From a candidate division Zixibacteria bacterium SM23_73_2 (GTDB lineage: Bacteria > Zixibacteria > MSB-5A5 > SM23-73-2), in the NCBI GenBank assembly GCA_001304315.1, contig LJUW01000001.1:1-61958 (forward strand): 61,958 nucleotides of DNA, written 5' to 3'. Positions within the stretch are counted from its first letter, which is position 1; every line of letters starts with the position of its first letter. This document shows, piece by piece, positions 8,920 to 18,915 of the stretch. A program made the position numbers and the translations under genes. The notes below the pieces were generated by a model. That model was not told the origin of the DNA. It searched no databases and was given only the letters and a program-made list of their open reading frames with translations.

Positions 8920-8936
8920 TGCAACAGATATGCCAA
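8920..8936 (-). promoter_or_regulatory. Sigma54 (-24/-12) promoter
   Basis: Minus strand TTGGCATATCTGTTGCA: GG-N10-GC spacing matches TGGCAC-N5-TTGCW; about 50 bp upstream of the GTG at 8872. Confidence 0.7.
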
Positions 8937-9139
8937 AAATGCTTTATCGGAGGATTTTTATAAGTTGTTAAATTACAGAAGAAAATGAGGAGAGGAAAGG
9001 CTATTAATAAATCTCTCATGTAAATAATGTTGGACAAAACCCACAGATTATTGAGAGAAATCCATCTTTTTAATGGAAATAATGACAATAAAAATTTGTT
9101 GATAGGTCAGGGGTCTTGCTTGTTAAGATTTTTTTAACA

Positions 9140-9215
9140 CGTCATTGCATGAGTTAGCAAAGCAATCTCCTAATGGAGAGACAGACTGCTTAGCCACTTC
9201 GTTTTTCGCAATGAC
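9140..9215. repeat. CGTC-type palindromic element
   Basis: CGTCATTGC...AGCAATCTC...GAGA...TGCT...CGCAATGAC, with terminal inverted repeats GTCATTGC/GCAATGAC. Confidence 0.6.
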
Positions 9216-9400
9216 TATGTAAATATTTTTGCATTCCTTTTTCCGAGAATAAAAAGCCAACTTTCGTGTAAACTTGGCTATTTCATTCTTGTTTTTTAGT
9301 GGGTATATTCGAAGAATGCCCCCACAACTCTTCCAGCTTTGAAAAGCCCGTCACTAAGTTTTACATCTCGATTTTAGTATCCTGCCTCTTGCATCTTGTA

Positions 9401-10327
9401 TCAATACTTCTTTCTTCTCTCAATGGTATAATTCGAACCGGACAGGGATTTGGTGTATTTTTTGAGATCGGTGATCATGTGAGATACCTCTCCCACGTGG
9501 TTAAACATTCGATCCTGATTAACCACTACAGCAATGGATAGGGTCATGATCGGAAATTTTTCTAAGACCCCTCTTCGGTTCTTGGTTATGATAAAGCTCC
9601 TTTTTACATCCTCCTCCTGGTAAAAGGATAGTATCATCTGGTCGAAAGAATCGATTATCCGAGAGCAGATCTGGTGAATTTTTTTTGCCGGGATTAAAAA
9701 TATGAAGTCGTCACCCCCGATATGTCCAACGAAAGCATTTTTAGTGGAACCGTAAACTATGTCCCTGATCAATTCGGAGGCTTTTCTGATTAATCTGTCC
9801 CCGTAGAAATACCCGTAATAATCGTTATAGGCTTTGAAATCATCCAGATCAGCATAACATATTGCAAAAATCTCCCCCTTTTTTATCCTGCGATCCATCT
9901 CCTTTTGAATCAAGCTCATCCCCGGCAGCCTGGTGGTGGGATTCATCCCCAGATCCCTCTGGCTTCTCTTCAAAAGCATCTTTAATCTTCCGGAGATTAA
10001 ATCCTTGTCCCACCTCTTGGCTAAAAACTCATCCGCACCTGAAGACATCCCAGCTAAAAGTTGTTTTTTGGTTGGATGGGGATGATATAAAACAATGGGC
10101 ACTAAAGAGAGGATCGAATGCTTTTTTATCTTTTTCAAAAGTTTAAGTTCAGAAGAGAAATTTCCCTTTCCCCCGATAACGATCAGGTCAAGGATGTATG
10201 AGTGAATGTATTCCTGCAGCTCAGGAAACTTCTGAAAGTTATGGAATCGAATCCTTTTTTTACCCAGGACGGATTTCAGCCTAACCTTCAGGCTCACGTC
10301 CCTCTGGTATAATGCGCACTGTAGCAT
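9401..10327 (-). CDS. Diguanylate cyclase with N-terminal receiver-like domain
   Basis: GADEFLAK receiver tail; NPTTRLPG, YADLDDFKAYNDYYG, GD, GHIGGDDF. Confidence 0.85.
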   Translation of the reverse strand: MLQCALYQRDVSLKVRLKSVLGKKRIRFHNFQKFPELQEYIHSYILDLIVIGGKGNFSSELKLLKKIKKHSILSLVPIVLYHPHPTKKQLLAGMSSGADEFLAKRWDKDLISGRLKMLLKRSQRDLGMNPTTRLPGMSLIQKEMDRRIKKGEIFAICYADLDDFKAYNDYYGYFYGDRLIRKASELIRDIVYGSTKNAFVGHIGGDDFIFLIPAKKIHQICSRIIDSFDQMILSFYQEEDVKRSFIITKNRRGVLEKFPIMTLSIAVVVNQDRMFNHVGEVSHMITDLKKYTKSLSGSNYTIERRKKY

Positions 10328-10332
10328 ACCCC

Positions 10333-11253
10333 TTACCCATCCTCAGATTCTTTTTTTAATTCCATCTTCTCCCTGGGATGGAAAGTTCTGTGAACCTCCT
10401 TTAGATATTCTCGGTCCACATGAGTATAAATCTGCGTAGTAGATATATCGGCATGTCCCAGCATCTCCTGAACAGCCCTTAGATCCGCCCCCCCCTCCAA
10501 AAGATGGGTGGCAAAGGAGTGCCTGATGATATGAGGAGTGAGTCTCTTTTTGATCCCTGCTTTTTTTGCGTATTTTTTAATTATCTTCCAGGCTCCCATC
10601 CTGGTCAAAGGATTTCCCCTGAAATTCAAAAACAAAAAATCTCCTGATTCAGAATGAGCAAGCTGGGGTCTTGAATTCTCTAAATACTTTTTTGTCCAGA
10701 TCACAGCCATCTCTCCCACCGGAACGACCCTCTGTTTTCCCCCTTTACCCGTTATCCTAACGCATTCTATCTCAAACAAAAGATCCGCTCTTTTCACCGA
10801 TATCATCTCAGAAACCCTTACTCCGGTGGCATACATAAACTCAAGTATTGCCTTATCCCTGAAAGACAAAGGTTTATCTCCCTCAGGTTGGTCCAAAAGG
10901 ATCTCCATCTCTTTTTGATCAAAGACCTGGGGAAGCCTTCTCCAAAGTCTGGGAGATTCAATCGACCCAGTCGGGTCGCTTTCCGTATAGTTTTCCCTGA
11001 CTAAGAATTTATGGAAAGACCTTATGGCGCTTAAATTCCTGGATATGGAGGAAGCCGAAAGTCCAAGATCATAAAGTAATAATCCAAATTTGGATATGTC
11101 CCTATCCTTTACTTTTTCAAAAGAGGAGATTTTCAGGGTTTTTAAGTGTTTAATGTATCTCTTTAAATCTATATTGTAACTATCTACTGTATTAGAGGAT
11201 AAACCTCGCTCCAAAGAGAGATGATGCAAGAATTTGTCTACCAGTTCTTCCAT
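10333..11253 (-). CDS. xerD: Site-specific tyrosine recombinase XerD
   Basis: LSLERGLSSNTVDSY, YATGVRVSE, GKGGKQRVVP, TPHIIRHSFATHLLEGGADLRAVQEMLGHADISTTQIYTHV. Confidence 0.93.
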   Translation of the reverse strand: MEELVDKFLHHLSLERGLSSNTVDSYNIDLKRYIKHLKTLKISSFEKVKDRDISKFGLLLYDLGLSASSISRNLSAIRSFHKFLVRENYTESDPTGSIESPRLWRRLPQVFDQKEMEILLDQPEGDKPLSFRDKAILEFMYATGVRVSEMISVKRADLLFEIECVRITGKGGKQRVVPVGEMAVIWTKKYLENSRPQLAHSESGDFLFLNFRGNPLTRMGAWKIIKKYAKKAGIKKRLTPHIIRHSFATHLLEGGADLRAVQEMLGHADISTTQIYTHVDREYLKEVHRTFHPREKMELKKESEDG

Positions 11254-11448
11254 CCTGAAAAATGATATTGTGATTTCAAACCAACATAAAATAAAATTAT
11301 CTAAGAGTCAACAACAATCCTGTAAAATCACAAGGGAGTGTTAAACTTTAGTTAATCTGAATTATTTCTCCCAGTTAATTCAAAGGTGTAACCAACTCAG
11401 TGTATAAAAAGCATAATAGGATCATATCGATGAACACATAAAAATCGT

Positions 11449-12657
11449 TTAGGTACGGAACAAAATCCACTCTTTTTCAAAAAGCCTTTTGGTAACGTAG
11501 ATCGAAAAGGATGCATAGATCACCGTGGAAACGAAAATCAACCCGATAAATCCCCAGTTGTAGGTGCCTAAAAGCACCTCCTTGGCTGCCAGGGAGACGT
11601 TTATCACCGGCACGAAAGCCAAGGGCCAGTTCAACTCCACCCCGGGCATAAAGGTTATCATAGCGGGCATTATCAGTAAAAACATAAAAGGGGTGATGTA
11701 GCTTTGAGCCTCCTTATAGGATTTGGCAAAAAGAGACACCGACAGAAGAAGGGAGGAAAACAAAGCAGAGATGGGCAGAAGTAGAATTAAGATAATCAAA
11801 ATAGATGTGAGTTTTATCGAGATCTGAACCTCCTCCGGCGTAAAGGGTCCCATTTTGGCAAAACCGATACCCGCAGTTATGCTCATACTGCAGGTAGCCA
11901 AAACAGCGGTTATCATCGAGATGGTCATCACACACAAAAATTTTCCAGTGGCTAACTCCCCTCTTGATACTGGTGAGGCTAATATGGTCTCCAAAGTTCC
12001 CCTTTCCTTTTCTCCAGCAGTAAGATCGATGGCTGGATACATCGCGCCGATTAAAGCTAAGATGATAATCATATAGGGAAGAAACATCGACAGCATAAAC
12101 CCACCCATCTTCTCCTGGGAAGCCACGTTCTCCTCCTTTATATCTACCGGTTGCAGAAGTGATCTGTCGACTTTTCTTTTTTTCAATCTCTGAGTAACCA
12201 TACTGTCCTCATAATGACTCAGGTAATCCCTGAGTTTTCCAACAGCCATACTCGATTTAACCTCAGCCTCATCGTAATAAATTGTTGCCTGAGCACTATC
12301 CTCTGCTTCAATCATATTTTCGAAATCTTCAGAAAACGAAAGGGCAGCCTCTGCCCTCTTATCCCTGATCGCATCTCTGAAGTTGGTCTCGTATGTTATC
12401 TTAAACTCCCCCTCCTGGGAAAGCTTTCGGGTCAGAGAAGGTGCGTTCGCTTTCCCTACAATCACCACCCTGGGTGGTATCTTTTCTGCTTCCTCCATGA
12501 AAAAAACCACCAGCCCGCTCATCCCGAACATAAGCACAGGAAAAAGTAAAATGGGGACCAAAATCATTGAAATTATGGTTCTTCGGTCCCTTAAGGTATC
12601 AAGCATCTCCTTGAAATAGACTATTTTTGTCTTTTTGAAATCCAACTCACTCTCCAA
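11449..12657 (-). CDS. ABC-2 permease, NatB family (Na+ efflux-like)
   Basis: YFKEMLDTLRDRRT, AIDLTAGEKERGTLETILASP, AKSYKEAQSY; multiple TM helices. Confidence 0.88.
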   Translation of the reverse strand: MESELDFKKTKIVYFKEMLDTLRDRRTIISMILVPILLFPVLMFGMSGLVVFFMEEAEKIPPRVVIVGKANAPSLTRKLSQEGEFKITYETNFRDAIRDKRAEAALSFSEDFENMIEAEDSAQATIYYDEAEVKSSMAVGKLRDYLSHYEDSMVTQRLKKRKVDRSLLQPVDIKEENVASQEKMGGFMLSMFLPYMIIILALIGAMYPAIDLTAGEKERGTLETILASPVSRGELATGKFLCVMTISMITAVLATCSMSITAGIGFAKMGPFTPEEVQISIKLTSILIILILLLPISALFSSLLLSVSLFAKSYKEAQSYITPFMFLLIMPAMITFMPGVELNWPLAFVPVINVSLAAKEVLLGTYNWGFIGLIFVSTVIYASFSIYVTKRLFEKEWILFRT

Positions 12658-13378
12658 CTATTTTCACAAAAATGTCATCCAGGCTGTCCAAATTGGTCTT
12701 TTGGCGATATTCAGCAAGAGTAGCCACCTCCAGGATTTTCCCCTTATGTATAATCGCGATATCATCACAGAGCTTCTCCGCCTCGTGCATCACATGGGTT
12801 GAAAACAAAACTATTTTGCTCCTCTGTTTGGAGCTTTTCACAAAATCGATTATGTTCCTGGAGGTAATCACATCCAGACCCAAGGTAGGCTCGTCCAGGA
12901 TCAATACCTGGGGATCATGCACCATGGTTCGGGCGATCGATACCTTCTGCTTCATCCCGGTGGAAAGCTTATCTACCTTCATATCCCGGTAATCGTTCAT
13001 GTCCAATATCTCAAAGATTTCGTCAATCCGCCTTCTGATAGCCTCCTTTTCCATCCCGTTCAACCGGGCGAAATAGGTAACCGTCTCAAATGCCGTGAGC
13101 CTGGGATAAAGACCGGTATCCGAGGATAAAAAACCTATCCTTTTTTTTACCATCTCGGGCTGATTCAATATTTCGTATCCGTCGATTTTGGCTGTGCCGG
13201 AGGTGGGTTTCAAGCTGGTGGATAAAATCCGCATCAGGGTGGTTTTGCCCGCACCGTTTAGTCCTAAAAGACCGAATATCCTACCGGGCTTGCATTCCAG
13301 ACTAACACCATCGACCGCTTTTATCTCTCCCCTTTTTTTATCAGAGAATATTTTGGTGAGGTTAAAGGTTTTTATCAT
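12647..13378 (-). CDS. ABC transporter ATP-binding protein, NatA family
   Basis: Walker A GLNGAGKT, LSTGMKQKV signature, ILDEPT, STH. Likely start ATG at 13378. Confidence 0.9.
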   Translation of the reverse strand: MIKTFNLTKIFSDKKRGEIKAVDGVSLECKPGRIFGLLGLNGAGKTTLMRILSTSLKPTSGTAKIDGYEILNQPEMVKKRIGFLSSDTGLYPRLTAFETVTYFARLNGMEKEAIRRRIDEIFEILDMNDYRDMKVDKLSTGMKQKVSIARTMVHDPQVLILDEPTLGLDVITSRNIIDFVKSSKQRSKIVLFSTHVMHEAEKLCDDIAIIHKGKILEVATLAEYRQKTNLDSLDDIFVKIVGE

Positions 13379-13407
13379 CTTCAATGGATCGAGTCAAGCC
13401 AAAGATG

Positions 13408-14814
13408 TTATCTTTGGTAGCTGTCAAGCCTGATCTCCTCCTCCCAATCGGGATCGTAGATCTCCCCCACCGCATTGGAATGAACTAACCTGTAAACTCC
13501 GAAACCGCCCTCATCCACAAATATGAAAAACACACCGCTTTGTTTTCGATGCAAAAAATCCTCATCGATATTATGATAGCTCCATTTTTCCCATGGTTTG
13601 AATTCAGTACCAAGGGGATAGCGTTCCCTCTCATCCGGTTCCCCATATTGAATATACACTCTTCCCATATCAGTTTTCCACCCGTCCTCAGACTGGGATG
13701 TTCTGGAGAACATCTGGTTCGCATAATTCCAGCTTCGGTAGTGCTTGATCTTAAACTCGTTTTCCGGGGTATCAGGATAGGGATCCCTTTTCCTCCAGAA
13801 CTCAGTTAAAAATCCCCTTTTCCCTGTAAGGTTCAGCTGGTCGAACAAATCCAGCTCTTCCTTTGTGGCAATGTAACTTATCTCTTCCCTTATTTTTTTT
13901 ACCTCTTCCAGAGTTAAAATCTCTTCCTCAGTCTTGGGGATCATCTTTTTTATGACTCTAAATTCTTTTGAGGATAAGCTTTTCTGACCAGAAGACAAAT
14001 CCAGAGCTTCGATCTCAAGATAAAAGTCACCTTCTGGAAAGGTGCTGATATTTATCCCGCTGGTCACCACCGAGGAATTTCCGGGTTTCTCCAAAGTCTG
14101 GGATCCAAAACTTTTGAATTTTTTACCCGAAGAATCCAGAACATGAAAACTCAGGGTGTATCTTTTATCCTTTTCTGGTGAAAACTCTAAATTGTAAATC
14201 TCGGAGTAAAAATAAAGCATCCTATCCTTGGTGCTGAAAACCCGGGTAGGATTGGGCATAACCTTTCGCATCCCTTTTACAAATTTACCTGTGCCGGTGT
14301 CCGGCTCGACCTGAAATGCCAGCTCGATTTGGCTCAAAAGGAGTTCTTTCTTGTTGTAATCGAGGACCTTTATACCTATGCTCTTTTCCCCTTGTTTTTT
14401 TGAATTTAAATCCTGTGCCACAAGCTCAAGAGAGAATTTACCCGGAGAAAGAAGAACCGGTATCAAATCGATTATCAGAAATTCCTTTTCCTCAGCCTCC
14501 TTCAACTCTTTTATCGCGGAGGCAACTTTCCATACTTTGTCCTCCACCACCCGATCTAAAGAATCGACGATCTTAAGTTGCAACTCGACTACCGAAGCGA
14601 AAGCGCCCTCCTTTTGAGGATAAAACTCAAGCTGTTTTCTGTCCAGGGCATAATATATCTCCACGTATGATCTGGTGGTATCCAGTGCATAGGTAAAGGA
14701 GGTATAATCCACCCACAGATCCAAATCCGAAGACGAAGGATATTCTGCAGTTGAAACTGATAACAAAAATAAAAAGAATATTATAAAAATATTTCTTATC
14801 TTAAGTAAAAACAT
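13408..14814 (-). CDS. GWxTD domain-containing exported protein
   Basis: Likely start ATG at 14814 (MFLLKIRNIF... signal peptide); FWRKRDPYPDTPENEF and GWKTDMGRVYIQYGEPD. Confidence 0.85.
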   Translation of the reverse strand: MFLLKIRNIFIIFFLFLLSVSTAEYPSSSDLDLWVDYTSFTYALDTTRSYVEIYYALDRKQLEFYPQKEGAFASVVELQLKIVDSLDRVVEDKVWKVASAIKELKEAEEKEFLIIDLIPVLLSPGKFSLELVAQDLNSKKQGEKSIGIKVLDYNKKELLLSQIELAFQVEPDTGTGKFVKGMRKVMPNPTRVFSTKDRMLYFYSEIYNLEFSPEKDKRYTLSFHVLDSSGKKFKSFGSQTLEKPGNSSVVTSGINISTFPEGDFYLEIEALDLSSGQKSLSSKEFRVIKKMIPKTEEEILTLEEVKKIREEISYIATKEELDLFDQLNLTGKRGFLTEFWRKRDPYPDTPENEFKIKHYRSWNYANQMFSRTSQSEDGWKTDMGRVYIQYGEPDERERYPLGTEFKPWEKWSYHNIDEDFLHRKQSGVFFIFVDEGGFGVYRLVHSNAVGEIYDPDWEEEIRLDSYQR

Positions 14815-14827
14815 CCAATGCCCATTT

Positions 14828-16144
14828 TTATTTTCTTTTAACCCCCCGATCGTAGATATAATCCAGCTCCCATTCTCCTGTGCCGGTCTGGTCCACAAAG
14901 ACCACCTTTATCTGTGTATCGTAATAGTACCAAACCTGATATGGTTTGGCTTCCATCTCGAAGGGGTGACGTTCTATCTCATCCGGATGACCATAGATCA
15001 TATATATCCTTCCCATGTCGGTTTCCCAGCCCTCCTTGTTCCAGACCCCGAAATTCCTCTCTACATACCTCAGCCTCCTGTAATATTCCTCCATAAGCTC
15101 ATTTTTTTGTGTGCCCGGTGTAGGATCCTTTGATTTCCAGAACTCTGCCCATTCTATTAACTGATCTTCCTTTTTGGATTTTTTCAGCCTTTCCATCTCA
15201 TCCCCGGTAGCTATGTATCTTAACTGATCAACCGCTTTTTCAAAATCTGCTTTTATAACTGAAAGCATCGACCACGCTATCTGGAAATTATCCTTTGATT
15301 TTGCTAAAGTTTTTTTCTTCTCATCCTGTAGTAGGACCGAAAGGGTGTAATCTCCAGGAGGGATTTTCTCCACAGAGATTTCTTTGTAAACGGGGGTTAT
15401 TCGGTCTTCTGAAAAAAGAGTATCCTTCTCCTCTAAAACTTTCTCCTTTCTGTTCTCATCGACTATTTGGTAGTTTAGAAAATACATCTTTTGTGGATCC
15501 TTTTCCCCATATATCTCATAGTACAGGTAAAATTTTGATTCATCAAACGTTCGGGAAACCGAGGGGATGACCTCCTTCCCCCTTTTCTCGAATTTCGGAT
15601 TTCTCACCGAATCGGAGATATCCCGGGAGAACAAAAGTGGGCTGAGGATGTATTTCTTGGGATCAAACTCGGGAATAACCGCATCCATCCTTTGGATCCA
15701 GCTTCTGGAAGAGTTTAAGTCTATCAGTTCCAGCACCAATTCATATCGCCCTGGTCGTATTTTATTATTCAGCATATTTATCAAAAAACCACTCTCGGAG
15801 ATCGTCTCCGAATAATGACTCACGAAAAGATTCTCCTCCAAAGAAGTTGCGGTTATCTGATGCCCCTTGCGATCCAGTATGGTCAAATTTACCTCATAGG
15901 AAGCTTGAAACCTCTCCCCTGCTTTCACGAAACTCAGCTTCTCGTTGAAGATCTTGTAGTATACCTCCAATCTCCAATCCTCTCCATCCTCTTTAAAACA
16001 GGAATAATCGACCAGAAAATCGGATCTCTTTGAACTCTTTAAAAAGCCAAAATCGGTCTGGGAAAAGACCAAAGAGCAAAAAATCCATAAAATTACAACG
16101 GTAGAAAAATACAATATTTTATTAATTTTATCTTCTCTTTTCAT
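14828..16144 (-). CDS. GWxTD domain-containing exported protein
   Basis: Signal-like N-terminus (start 16144 or 16207); FWKSKDPTPGTQKNE and GWETDMGRIYMIYGHPD. Confidence 0.85.
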   Translation of the reverse strand: MKREDKINKILYFSTVVILWIFCSLVFSQTDFGFLKSSKRSDFLVDYSCFKEDGEDWRLEVYYKIFNEKLSFVKAGERFQASYEVNLTILDRKGHQITATSLEENLFVSHYSETISESGFLINMLNNKIRPGRYELVLELIDLNSSRSWIQRMDAVIPEFDPKKYILSPLLFSRDISDSVRNPKFEKRGKEVIPSVSRTFDESKFYLYYEIYGEKDPQKMYFLNYQIVDENRKEKVLEEKDTLFSEDRITPVYKEISVEKIPPGDYTLSVLLQDEKKKTLAKSKDNFQIAWSMLSVIKADFEKAVDQLRYIATGDEMERLKKSKKEDQLIEWAEFWKSKDPTPGTQKNELMEEYYRRLRYVERNFGVWNKEGWETDMGRIYMIYGHPDEIERHPFEMEAKPYQVWYYYDTQIKVVFVDQTGTGEWELDYIYDRGVKRK

Positions 16145-16302
16145 CTCATTTTTTAAATAACGATTTTCAGTCGAATTCGCAACATAAAAATTAAATAAAT
16201 TTTTCATCTTCGAAATTGCTGGGAGGGTTCAATTTGAGCTAATATCAAGCTCGCAAAAAAATCCGACCCTTATACTATCCTAGAAAAGAATATCGATTTC
16301 CC

Positions 16303-18915
16303 TTAACATTCTCCTAAGATAAACGGACATCCAGGTGCCGGACCTCCCTTTAACAAATGGTTAGTTAAAAAGATCACGTCCGAAAGTCTTATAAAACCAT
16401 CACAGTCACAATCCCCTGAGCTCAAAGGAGAAGGCGGAGTATCTCCCTGGAGGAGGTAATTGGATAAATATGTAGCATCAGCTAAAGACAAAGTCCCATC
16501 AGCGTTTACATCCCCTCGAATATAAGAGTTAGGGGTAAAACTCCAGACCTGATCGGACCACATCTCCGATCCCCAAAGATCAAAAGCTTTGACCTTCCAA
16601 TGATAGGAAAAATCCGTGGTGTCGGACAGAAGGCCTGAAATGGTGTAACTGTTCTCTTTTAAAGAATCGATCACCTCAGTGGAATCCTGGTTAAAAACCT
16701 CGGATCTGGAAAGATACAAAGTATAAAGCACCGAGTCGCCAGGATCGGGATCCGAAGCTTCCTGCCACAGCAAAGTTAAACTATCATCGTAGATCAAGGT
16801 ATCGTCCGGAGGGAAGATCAAACAGAAATTGTAAGTTGGCTCGACCAGGAAGGTTAAAAAGTCGAAGATTTGATCTGACCATCTGTAAAGCCCCCCGGAA
16901 TCGACACCTTTCACCTTCCAGAAATATCTGGTATCATCAGATAAACCGGACAGGTTATGGCTGGTGTCAGTTGAGGTGTAGACCGAATCGAAGGTTAAGA
17001 AGGTGCTGTCAGTTGAATAAAAAAGCGAGTATCCAACCGTATCCTCTGGATCGGCTGGCTGGCTTTTTTGCCAGAATAGATCGGAACTTAAATTCCATAT
17101 GGTATCACCCTCATGGGGAAAGATCAAAGAAAAACTGCCCAGAGGTGAATACCGGGATACCCCGACGACTTTGAAATCATCTATGTTCCACCCTCCCAGC
17201 TCCACCCACCCATCCGTGTCCATTTCAAATCTTACTTTAACCGAGGGATTAGAATCAGCAAAGGATGAGATATCGATATCGTGGTGCTTCCATCCATAAT
17301 CGACATGATCATAATAGGGCTGATTCTCCCAAACCAAATTCCCATTTACCATAATTCTTGCTCGATCATAGATACCCTTCTCCACCCCTAAGAAGCGACG
17401 ATACCAAAGCCTTACGTTCTTAAATCCTTGACAATCGATCTCCGGGGATTCGAGGTAGTTTGTGGAGTTGGAAGGATATTCACCATTTAGGTCGTTACCC
17501 CAAATCTTGCTTCCGGAAAAGGCGGACTCAGGATCTGATCTTGATCCTTCCAAGGGTGTTCCATGCTCCCAGTCATCGTAATTAAAAATTGCATCATGAG
17601 TCCAGCCGCCATCATCCCCCTCCATATCATCGAAAAATATTGTGAAAAGCTCCCCGGCAAAAAGATAAAAACTGTCTAAGTAGCTTCCCTCATTGCAAAG
17701 GATGTTCAAGGTGAAGTCGATTTTTGTTCCGATGGCAACAAAAGAGTCCACCTCGAAAGCGAAGTGGGGGGAAAGGGAAGTTTGACTCTGACCATCCAGA
17801 ATATTCGGGAAAATGGCAACTGAATCAATCAGGTCAACTCCAGGGGTGGAGATCCTCAAGGTAGCTTCAACCCCGGTGGCTGGCTCCTTATATACATTCT
17901 CCAAAGTTACCTTCAGATTTATGTTTTCATGGGGATCAATTATTCCATCGTTGTTTCCGGTTGAATCGGTAACCTCACAGCTTTTATAAGCGAGCTGGGT
18001 AGGGTTGGCGGGAGTGTAATCCAGAAGAGTTGCGGAGTATCCTATGTTGCAGCTTCCATATTTAATGTAAAAATACCCGTTTTCACCCCATCCGGTTCCC
18101 CAGCTGTTCTTCACTATCCAGGCACCCTCTCCGCTGCACACCGTGTCATCCCAGCCCACGATTAAAACAGCGTGATTGACCGGATCCTGGCCCGGATTCT
18201 CATAGCACCCCCCGCCGTAGTACTTGAAATCGTCAAAAACCGTCATAGCGCAGGCAACCGGACCGGTTAAAAGGGAAGCCTTTATGGAGTTTACATCAGT
18301 GGCAATGTAGTTCCAGCCCTGGATTTTGTCAACCACCTCGCATGATAATTGACTGCAGTTTACCGTATCCTTGGCGGTGTAAGGCATGCATGATTCCAAA
18401 ACCGAGCCGTAGGATCTGAAAAGCTCGTAAGCATAGTCCATCCAACCCCCATCGCAACCCGCTCCGTAAACGTTGCAGGATAAAATCTGCTGTTCGGACA
18501 GGTCATAACCGGTTGAATCATATATTTTTATCATAGCCTCAAATGCTCCCTGAGCTGCGAAAGCCCAGCAGGAGCCACAACTACCCTGGTGTCTCACCGG
18601 GGTAACTCCATCCTCATCCCGCCAGTCGAAAACCTGCGGTAAATCCAGAGGCTTTTGTAATTTAAAGAGCTTTCGATCTTTTCTTTTTTCCTCATATCCT
18701 TCTGGGATCCTAAGCCCCAAAAGCTTTTGAAAATCCTTTTCCGAAAGATCGGATATCGAAGTTTTTTTGGCAATCCAGTTGTACCCCTTTCCCTCTATCC
18801 TCTTTTGAACCTCAAGTAATCTCTGATCATCAGTGTTTTGAGGTGGATCTGATGCAATGCTTAGGTTAAATAAAATAATTAGAAGTAAAGTCAAAGAAGC
18901 AAAAATTCTCCACAT
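16303..18915 (-). CDS. Secreted papain-family (C1A) cysteine peptidase with Ig-like/beta-sandwich/FN3-like domains and C-terminal dockerin
   Basis: Likely start ATG at 18915. QGSCGSCWAF, NHAVLIVGWD and WIVKNSWG give the catalytic Q/C/H/N. YFWKVKG and YHWKVKA FN3-like motifs. Duplicated GDVNADG..S.AD / GDCDCDG....SD dockerin loops. Confidence 0.9.
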   Translation of the reverse strand: MWRIFASLTLLLIILFNLSIASDPPQNTDDQRLLEVQKRIEGKGYNWIAKKTSISDLSEKDFQKLLGLRIPEGYEEKRKDRKLFKLQKPLDLPQVFDWRDEDGVTPVRHQGSCGSCWAFAAQGAFEAMIKIYDSTGYDLSEQQILSCNVYGAGCDGGWMDYAYELFRSYGSVLESCMPYTAKDTVNCSQLSCEVVDKIQGWNYIATDVNSIKASLLTGPVACAMTVFDDFKYYGGGCYENPGQDPVNHAVLIVGWDDTVCSGEGAWIVKNSWGTGWGENGYFYIKYGSCNIGYSATLLDYTPANPTQLAYKSCEVTDSTGNNDGIIDPHENINLKVTLENVYKEPATGVEATLRISTPGVDLIDSVAIFPNILDGQSQTSLSPHFAFEVDSFVAIGTKIDFTLNILCNEGSYLDSFYLFAGELFTIFFDDMEGDDGGWTHDAIFNYDDWEHGTPLEGSRSDPESAFSGSKIWGNDLNGEYPSNSTNYLESPEIDCQGFKNVRLWYRRFLGVEKGIYDRARIMVNGNLVWENQPYYDHVDYGWKHHDIDISSFADSNPSVKVRFEMDTDGWVELGGWNIDDFKVVGVSRYSPLGSFSLIFPHEGDTIWNLSSDLFWQKSQPADPEDTVGYSLFYSTDSTFLTFDSVYTSTDTSHNLSGLSDDTRYFWKVKGVDSGGLYRWSDQIFDFLTFLVEPTYNFCLIFPPDDTLIYDDSLTLLWQEASDPDPGDSVLYTLYLSRSEVFNQDSTEVIDSLKENSYTISGLLSDTTDFSYHWKVKAFDLWGSEMWSDQVWSFTPNSYIRGDVNADGTLSLADATYLSNYLLQGDTPPSPLSSGDCDCDGFIRLSDVIFLTNHLLKGGPAPGCPFILGEC

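Noticed and set aside
8873-9088. N-terminal extension of the 740-aa ORF, and similar extensions at 14898, 18948, 23251, 24180, 37558, 59566 and 61674
   Set aside because: Downstream starts have better RBS, signal-peptide placement or gene coupling; the extensions cover promoters or overlap upstream genes.
10333-11253. Tyrosine recombinase as a phage or island integrase
   Set aside because: The sequence is typical housekeeping XerD, with no att sites, phage genes or cargo nearby.
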